Under the pieces are notes generated by a model, which was given only the letters and a program-made list of their open reading frames with translations, had not been told where the DNA came from and made no database searches. From the NCBI GenBank assembly GCA_964534625.1, contig CAZHRF010000011.1, forward strand, positions 49,474 to 75,164: a DNA stretch of 25,691 nucleotides, in the 5' to 3' direction. Made by a program: the position numbers and the translations under genes. Shown one piece after another: positions 19,258 through 25,691 of this stretch (its first letter is position 1; each line of letters starts with the position of its first letter). This DNA comes from an uncultured archaeon. GTDB lineage: Archaea; Asgardarchaeota; Heimdallarchaeia; Heimdallarchaeales; Heimdallarchaeaceae.

Positions 19258-20484
19258 ATGAACGATGAGCCCTTTAAAAGTCAACCATCGGAGAAAGCAA
19301 TTAAAATGGATAAATATGAAAAAAAAGAGTTTAAAGAAACTTTAGATGAAGTAGAATCAACAGAAGAAGGCATATTTGAAAAACCATTGAATATGTATTA
19401 TGCTATTACTGAAATAGGCTGTTTTATAGTACTAAATGTGGTTTTTTTATATCTGTTAAACTGGCATCGATTGGGGTATAGAAATACTTGGGTACCCGAT
19501 ACTTCATATAATAACTATTACAACCACATTTTTTCTATACTAAGAGTTAGCTTTATCGTGATGGGTTTACTTGTATTTTTCAATGATTATATTCATATTC
19601 TTACTTTTAGTAGAAAAGAGAGGATCGTTGGATTTTTCACTCGTTTTATATTTATTACTACTGCCATTGCTTGGTATCTTGTTATGGGCTCTCTAGATGA
19701 AACTTATTTTACTATATCTTATTTTGTTATTCTGTTTTACGCATTAGGTTCAAACTTTAGTCTGAAAGCTTATTTATTAACAACAAACAAAAGTATTCAT
19801 GGATTATTATTCCAGAGACCAATTTCTGGTTCTCCTGCTGAAAATGAATGGAAAAGGATCAACTTTATTTCAGGTATAATTGGAATAATAACAGGCATAT
19901 TCTGCATTCAATTTCTGTGGTTATTATACCATGTTTTCGTACGGAAATATGTTATAAATCGTAAACAAGCTCAATTAATTATAGATAGTTTACAATATGA
20001 AAAAGAAACACCTTTAGCTCCACTAGCATTAGACTTAGGTTTGTCTTTAGAAAATGTTATTTACACACTTAAACAACTCATCCATAAACGGCACTTAGAC
20101 GGAAAATTGACCCGATATGGATTTATTTTATATGGAATTAGAAAACCCAAATGGTTTTCGCAAAAAATAAGAGAAAAATACGAGCAATATCTTGAAGAGA
20201 AGCAATTAGATCAAATTGAGAAGCATGTGAATAAAATTTTTGAAATTGTGGACAAGGAGAGAATTAAAGCGAAAGAATTTAAACAAAGACTGAACATTAA
20301 ATCAGATTACAGTATAGAGAACCTAGAGCATTTGCTTCCTATAGGTGTTATGGATGTAAAAAAGCCACTATTTTCTAAGAAAAAAATCATACAGTTCAAC
20401 CGCAATAAAATGTACATGCAAAGGGATAGAATATTACAGATATTAAAAGAAAACTACAAAGAAATATTCAAAAATGATATCTGA
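19258..20484 (+). CDS. Multi-pass membrane protein with C-terminal PCI-like winged-helix region
   Basis: About five hydrophobic segments, then LAPLALDLGLSLENVIYTLKQLIHKRHLDGKLT. TTTAAATA box at 19229-19236. Confidence 0.6.
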   Translation: MNDEPFKSQPSEKAIKMDKYEKKEFKETLDEVESTEEGIFEKPLNMYYAITEIGCFIVLNVVFLYLLNWHRLGYRNTWVPDTSYNNYYNHIFSILRVSFIVMGLLVFFNDYIHILTFSRKERIVGFFTRFIFITTAIAWYLVMGSLDETYFTISYFVILFYALGSNFSLKAYLLTTNKSIHGLLFQRPISGSPAENEWKRINFISGIIGIITGIFCIQFLWLLYHVFVRKYVINRKQAQLIIDSLQYEKETPLAPLALDLGLSLENVIYTLKQLIHKRHLDGKLTRYGFILYGIRKPKWFSQKIREKYEQYLEEKQLDQIEKHVNKIFEIVDKERIKAKEFKQRLNIKSDYSIENLEHLLPIGVMDVKKPLFSKKKIIQFNRNKMYMQRDRILQILKENYKEIFKNDI

Positions 20485-20502
20485 AATAGTTTTTGAGGAT
20501 AC

Positions 20503-20810
20503 AAGGTCTACTTATCTATGCTTTGTCTTTTTCTCTTTTTTTCCATAGACCTTAGAGTTCATCTCACTTGAGAAATATATGGACAGCTAAGTATGCTTAA
20601 ACCATCGCAAAAAAGTTTACTGAGATGAACTTTGAAGTTCGTGTTTTTTCTTGACTTTTTAAACTTCAAGAATAACTATTTCTTACTTTGAGTTCCTATT
20701 TATCAAATATATGATAAGGAAAAAGAATAATTAACTAAAATAGAATTGAGGGAGGGAGGGGAGACGCATAAAAAATAAGGTGCATCTCCCATATAACTTC
20801 TTCTATGGGA
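20503..20810. other. Intergenic cluster of inverted repeats (candidate structured RNA or terminators)
   Basis: Stems at 20503-20510/20546-20553, 20552-20566/20621-20635 and 20759-20768/20781-20790. Confidence 0.4.
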
Positions 20811-21059
20811 ATATTTAAACTCTCCGCTTCTAGCGAGTAATAACTCTAATTTCTCTAAAATTTCTAAGTTGTTTAATATATCTTTTTAATCTATTTATCA
20901 ATAAACTTATTTTTTCTTCCTAAATTAATCCGAGGGAATAGTTATTACCTAGAAAGAATATATAATCAATTCTAACCTTCAGTATAAAATCAGTGTGTCA
21001 ATTATTTTTTGTTTCAATAAAGAGTAAAAATAGAAATAAGAAAAAAAGGTATATTTATA

Positions 21060-23321
21060 CTATAACTCTTCTTTAGTTATTTTTTTCTTAACCACTTTGT
21101 TGAAAATGAAAATAACTCCAATGGTGGCTACTATTACTATACTTATAATCAATATCACTTGAATGAGTTGTTCTGCAGAATTAATAGTATATTCATCAAT
21201 CCTTAGTAAACCCTTTCCTTCTCCAATATTCACTAATAAACCCATAAATATAGACGAAGTAAGCGACATAACTACAAGTAAGGTATTTATACTTGGTCCA
21301 GCTGTATCCTTGAATGGATCACCAACTGTATCTCCAGTAATTGACGCTTTATGAATCTCTGTTCCTTTTCCTCCTAAATTCCCTTCTTCAATCCATTTTT
21401 TAGCATTATCCCATGCTCCACCTGAATTAGCCATCATTAGTGCAAAGACAAAACCTGAAAGAATAGCACCGGCTAAGAATGAACCTAAGGCTGCTATCCC
21501 AAATACAACTCCAACTAGTAATGGTATCATCATTGAAATTATGCTGGGAAAAATAAGTTCTACCAGAGCCCCTTTGGTAGCAATTTGTATCGTTTTTTTG
21601 AAATCCGCTGGTTCTTCCCCTGTTAATATTTTAGGGTTTTCTTTAAACTGTCTACGTATCTCATTTACCATTTTAGCAGCGTTTCGTTGAACTGATAAAA
21701 TAATCAAAGCTGAAAATAGTGCAGGTACGACCACTCCAATGAATGCCCCAGATAATATTTTAACATTTAACATATCTAAAACAATTGGTTCTGTTGTTTC
21801 AAGTAATTCTTTTGCTTCTATCGTGAATGAAAAGAGTAAAGCAATAACTGCTAAGTTGGCTGCACCTATGGCAAACCCTTTTGTGATAGCTTTAGCAGTA
21901 TTTCCAGCAGAATCTAATGTATCAGCTTGTCTAATGATTTCTTCATCTAGCCCACCTTGTTCTGCAATTGCTCGAGAGTTATCTACAATTGGACCATATG
22001 CATCATTTGAAACAATAGTACCAACAATTGCCAACATACCTACAGCTGCCATTGCCACCCCAAAATATCCATCTAAAAGAAAAGATAATGCCATAGCAAC
22101 AATTATGCCCAAAGCAGGAGGAGCAACACTCAACAATCCATATGCAAATCCAGAAAGAATAACTACCGCATCACCTTCTCTCGCTGAATTAGCAATTGTA
22201 CGGGTGGGTGCTCTATCATCTCGTGTGTAATAATCGCTAGTCCATCCAATAATGATGCCAGAAAGAAGTCCTAATACTACAGCAACATAATCTTTCCAAA
22301 GTTGGAGTCTTGCTCCTGGTGGAACTGGTAAAGTCATTAGGAAAATTATTAGAGCTGCCAAAATAATAAACACAAAAGTGGCAAGGTATGTACCCATATT
22401 CAGAGCCTTACCTGGATTTTCTTTTCCAAACCATTTAACCAAGAAAATGCCAATCAAAGATGCAAAGACACCTATCCCTGAAATGACAATAGGTAATATT
22501 ACGAAATGTACTTCATAGTTAGCAAAACCTAATGTTGTTGCTAATATCATTGCAGCTACTATTGAGGCAACATAAGAATCTAAAAGATCACTACCCATGC
22601 CCGCAATATCGCCCACATTATCACCAACGTTATCAGCAATAGTAGCAGGATTTCGTATATCGTCTTCAGGCAAATTATATTCTGCTTTTCCAACTAAATC
22701 AGCACCAACATCCGCTGTTTTAGTGAATATACCGCCACCACATTTCATGAATAAAGCAATTGTTGAGGCACCAAAGCTAAAGCCTAATACTACTTGAGGA
22801 GCAACCATTTCACCTACGCTTGAACTAAATATCCAGTAGATGCTTGATACTCCAATAAGTGCGACGCCTACGACTGCTAAACCCATTACTGCACCACCGA
22901 AAAAGGCTATATCAAACCCTTTTTTGATACTTTTTGTGATACCTTGTGCTGTACGGGAGTTTGTTTTAACACCAACGGTAAGACCAAGCCATCCAGCAAC
23001 CATACTAGCAGTTGAACCAATAAGATATGCTAAAGCTTGTTCCCAATTTAATCTACCTACAGAAATAGGTACCATGCGCCCTGTCATTGCAGAAGGTAAG
23101 AAAAGTAAAATGATAACAAAAAGTAGTATAACAAAAGCAGAAAGAACACTATATTGTAACCATAAAAAATGTTTGGCTCCTTCTTCAATGTATTGGGCAA
23201 TTTGAATCATTTGATTGTTGCCACGGTCTTCTTTCATAACTATTATCGCAAAGTAAATAGCCACACCAATAGCAACAATTCCAGAAATAAGTGATATTAA
23301 TAATATAATTGGAACTGCCAT
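21060..23321 (-). CDS. hppA: Membrane-bound ion-translocating pyrophosphatase, predicted K+-independent, divergent
   Basis: GGGIFTKTADVGADLVGKAE, PEDDIRNPATIADNVGDNVGD, GNTAKAITKGFAIG, GGAWDNAKK and GDTVGDPFKDTAGPS. Confidence 0.95.
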   Translation of the reverse strand: MAVPIILLISLISGIVAIGVAIYFAIIVMKEDRGNNQMIQIAQYIEEGAKHFLWLQYSVLSAFVILLFVIILLFLPSAMTGRMVPISVGRLNWEQALAYLIGSTASMVAGWLGLTVGVKTNSRTAQGITKSIKKGFDIAFFGGAVMGLAVVGVALIGVSSIYWIFSSSVGEMVAPQVVLGFSFGASTIALFMKCGGGIFTKTADVGADLVGKAEYNLPEDDIRNPATIADNVGDNVGDIAGMGSDLLDSYVASIVAAMILATTLGFANYEVHFVILPIVISGIGVFASLIGIFLVKWFGKENPGKALNMGTYLATFVFIILAALIIFLMTLPVPPGARLQLWKDYVAVVLGLLSGIIIGWTSDYYTRDDRAPTRTIANSAREGDAVVILSGFAYGLLSVAPPALGIIVAMALSFLLDGYFGVAMAAVGMLAIVGTIVSNDAYGPIVDNSRAIAEQGGLDEEIIRQADTLDSAGNTAKAITKGFAIGAANLAVIALLFSFTIEAKELLETTEPIVLDMLNVKILSGAFIGVVVPALFSALIILSVQRNAAKMVNEIRRQFKENPKILTGEEPADFKKTIQIATKGALVELIFPSIISMMIPLLVGVVFGIAALGSFLAGAILSGFVFALMMANSGGAWDNAKKWIEEGNLGGKGTEIHKASITGDTVGDPFKDTAGPSINTLLVVMSLTSSIFMGLLVNIGEGKGLLRIDEYTINSAEQLIQVILIISIVIVATIGVIFIFNKVVKKKITKEEL

Positions 23322-23471
23322 ATTTATTTCCTCGTTTTAACTATGTCCTTTTTATGTATTGGCAGTATGTATTTAAAATTTGTCTAATAGAACAGCGATT
23401 ATTAAAAAGAAATCTCAAAGGATTTAACAAAGAGTAAAAGAATACTGAGATCATTACTGAAGGTTACCTTA

Positions 23472-24043
23472 TTATTGATGGCTACTAAAAATGTCCTGTA
23501 TATTTTGCTTTACAATACTAAAGATGGTTATTCCTCTAAAGCGATATAACAGGATCAATGCAAACAAAGAGACTAAGCCTAAAAATTCATGGAAGGAGTG
23601 TGCAATAATAGTTGTAAGTGATTTATTGGTTCAGGATGATAAGGTATTGCGACAAAAGGATAGAATAAAGGCAAATAGCCACCAAGATCCAAAATCAAAT
23701 GAGTTTGCCACCCAAAAATAAAACTATAGGCAATATACTTTTTTTCTCTGAATATGACAAAGACAAGACCGCTAATTATTACATTGAAAAGCAAAGAATG
23801 CCCAATATGTCTTCCATAACCAGTTAAAGGCAGTACAATTAATTTATCAACTATATCTGGACCAAGAGCGCCAATAGAAAGAGGAATTAATGAAAATATT
23901 TTTGCTCCATAATACGATAGTAAAAAATCTTTGATATTTAAAAATTCAAGGGATTTAATTTTGATATAAACAATGTAGAAGTAGAGGAGAGCTAAGATTT
24001 CTGCAATTAACAAAGCATATCCAAAATGAGCAATTATAAACAC
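23472..24043 (-). CDS. YdjM-like membrane metal-dependent hydrolase, possibly frameshifted near the 3' end
   Basis: IAH, GALGPDIVDK, RHIGHSL and THLILD. The ORF stops at 23579, but an adjacent frame continues with HEFLGLVSLFALILLYRF to TAA at 23472. Confidence 0.7.
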
Positions 24044-24125
24044 ATTGATTATCTCCTTTTTTCTAAATATTTATAAAAGTAAAATTTTCATCCTTACTGA
24101 TTTTAACCACTGTTAAAATTGAAAT

Positions 24126-24701
24126 TTACTCTTTTACAGTTTTAGACTTAACTTTTTCTTCATGCTTAACTATCAGTTTGAGCATTTCATTAATGACTCG
24201 AGTTACATTGTCATTTTTGGCTGAACATTCCATATAAATACTTTTTATACTTTCACGATTTGATGTCCTGTTTAACCTGAAAATAAATTGTTTAGGATCA
24301 ATTGAATTAATTACTCTCTGGGCATTACCTTTGAGATCAGTCTTATTACCAACAAGGACTATGGGTAATTTGCCATATCCATTATAGTTGATGAGCTCAT
24401 CAATCCAGTAATTAACATGCCTAAATGTCTGAACTCGTGTGATGTCAAAGAGAATGATAGCTCCCGAGGTACCATAGTACCATTTGGTGCTTCTTCTGCT
24501 TGAAAGTTCACCGGCTGGCAAATCATAAAGTTCAATAGAATATTCTTGTTCCTTATATACACGTTTAATTTCTATAACTTCAACTCGAACAGAAAGTTTT
24601 TTTGCTACTTCTTTTTCTTGTTTAAAGACTTTCTGAAAAAAAGTGGTTTTACCGACTGAACCATCACCCAAAACTAAAACTTTGTAAGTTTGTAGTACCA
24701 T
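24126..24701 (-). CDS. Rab/Ras-like small GTPase with degenerate switch motifs
   Basis: G1 GDGSVGKT, G4 NKTD and G5 CSAK are present. G3 reads YDLPAGE and there is no G2 Thr. Start placed at ATG 24701 because TTTATAAA lies at 24725-24732. Confidence 0.85.
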   Translation of the reverse strand: MVLQTYKVLVLGDGSVGKTTFFQKVFKQEKEVAKKLSVRVEVIEIKRVYKEQEYSIELYDLPAGELSSRRSTKWYYGTSGAIILFDITRVQTFRHVNYWIDELINYNGYGKLPIVLVGNKTDLKGNAQRVINSIDPKQFIFRLNRTSNRESIKSIYMECSAKNDNVTRVINEMLKLIVKHEEKVKSKTVKE

Positions 24702-24775
24702 AAAAAACCCTTCAAGTAAATTCATTTATAAATATTTCAAAAGTGTTTCTTTAGAGACAATTTATTTGTTTGTGT

Positions 24776-25336
24776 TTATGTTGATTGTCTTGCTCTGATA
24801 GTTTTACCTAATATCTCGAAAGCCTTATCGATATTTAGACCTGTTTTAGCTGAAGTTTCCATACAGTAGTTTTTTACCCCATGACGAGCTGTTTGAGAAT
24901 TGAGTTCATCAATATAAGCAGTAACATGTTTCATTTTAACGCTTTTACGATCTTTAAGATCATATTTATTAGCTAAAAGAATAACAGGAAGGACTCCTTT
25001 ACCATTATGTCTATACAATTCGTTTAACCAATTAGCAAGATTTTCAAAAGTTTGTGGGCGAGTAATGTCAAAAACGAGTAAAGCTCCTTGTGCACCTTGA
25101 TAAAAGCGAGGTCTAACATGAGAAAACATATCTTGCCCAGCTAAATCCCAAATTTGAAATTTCCATTGTTCACTTGGTTCAATTTCTTTACTAATAACAG
25201 AAAAATCGGCACCAATGGTCATAAGATGCTGTTTCTCAAATCCATATCCCATGTATCTCAAGCGTATGGATGTTTTCCCTACCGCCCCATCACCAATTAA
25301 AATGGTCTTGAAGACATACTCTTTGTTGGTATTCAT
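24776..25336 (-). CDS. Rab-like small GTPase
   Basis: GDGAVGKT, MTIGADF, IWDLAGQ, FYQGAQGALLVFDIT, NKYD and ETSAK. No C-terminal cysteine. Confidence 0.93.
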   Translation of the reverse strand: MNTNKEYVFKTILIGDGAVGKTSIRLRYMGYGFEKQHLMTIGADFSVISKEIEPSEQWKFQIWDLAGQDMFSHVRPRFYQGAQGALLVFDITRPQTFENLANWLNELYRHNGKGVLPVILLANKYDLKDRKSVKMKHVTAYIDELNSQTARHGVKNYCMETSAKTGLNIDKAFEILGKTIRARQST

Positions 25337-25459
25337 TCATTATTCTTTGAAAAATTGGAGATAGTGTTTAAAAAACCATCGAATAGAGCAAGATAAAATT
25401 AACTCAAATAAGAGGAGATTGACGAAAAAAGAATATTAAAGTGAAAAACACTTGATTAC

Positions 25460-25691
25460 TAGTACTTCCGAATTAATGCTTAGTTCCCACCTCCTTGTTG
25501 AATGAGCAAACGTAATCGCGTTCTAAAGAAATAGAGCGTGAGGGAGGATTCTGACTGGACAAACACCACCAAGGTGTCGTGTCGGGGTAAACAAGGAGGA
25601 AAAACGCCAAGACGCAAGCACACATAACAGGCAAGGAGTATCGCGGTGAGATAGAAATACAACAACCGGAGCGCACTGTTAGTAGTTGAGG
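25460..25691 (-). mobile_element. Probable end of an ISH3/IS4-like insertion sequence (transposase C-terminus plus terminal repeat), cut by the window edge
   Basis: GC content rises abruptly. A minus-strand frame is open from the edge, STTNSALRLLYFYLTAILLACYV...GGGN* (stop at 25480), resembling ISH3-type transposase C-termini. TAGTACTTCCGAA at 25460 resembles ISH3-family ends. Confidence 0.55.

Noticed and set aside
21163-23721. Plus-strand ORFs opposite hppA and the hydrolase; likewise 18613-19032 and 24359-24562
   Set aside because: Antisense or alternate-frame artefacts of well-supported genes.
25473-25691. GC-rich end as a structural RNA, or the 67-aa ORF 25473-25676
   Set aside because: No tRNA, rRNA, RNase P or SRP hallmarks recognised; the other frame fits a transposase C-terminus better.

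Overview
AT-rich archaeal window, most likely from an Asgard archaeon. That call is inferred from tandem Rab-like GTPases without prenylation tails, a membrane protein with a PCI-like winged helix, and TTTAAATA-type boxes with GGTGA ribosome-binding sites. The window starts inside a secreted NHL beta-propeller protein with a 99-aa repeat (1-1551, not in the ORF track). About 2.2-16.8 kb is a surface-glycan locus. It combines nonulosonic (sialic-like) acid synthesis (NeuB, NeuA-PseG fusion), GT-B glycosyltransferases, a flippase and an O-acyltransferase with a sulfation module: two intact sulfotransferases, one broken one, a Thr-type sulfatase-like enzyme and a small RHH protein ending in ERLKKLGYL. 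The putative nonulosonate transferase is present twice in inverted orientation; the second copy is frameshifted, contains a G10 tract and shares a 53-bp identical patch with the intact copy. The right part encodes AhpD/CMD, CpXC, VKOR, an NTPase, the PCI-like membrane protein, a hairpin-rich intergenic region, a membrane pyrophosphatase with an unusual ion gate, a YdjM-like hydrolase, two Rab-like GTPases (one degenerate) and the probable end of an ISH3-like IS. All calls are by manual motif reading; no searches were run.
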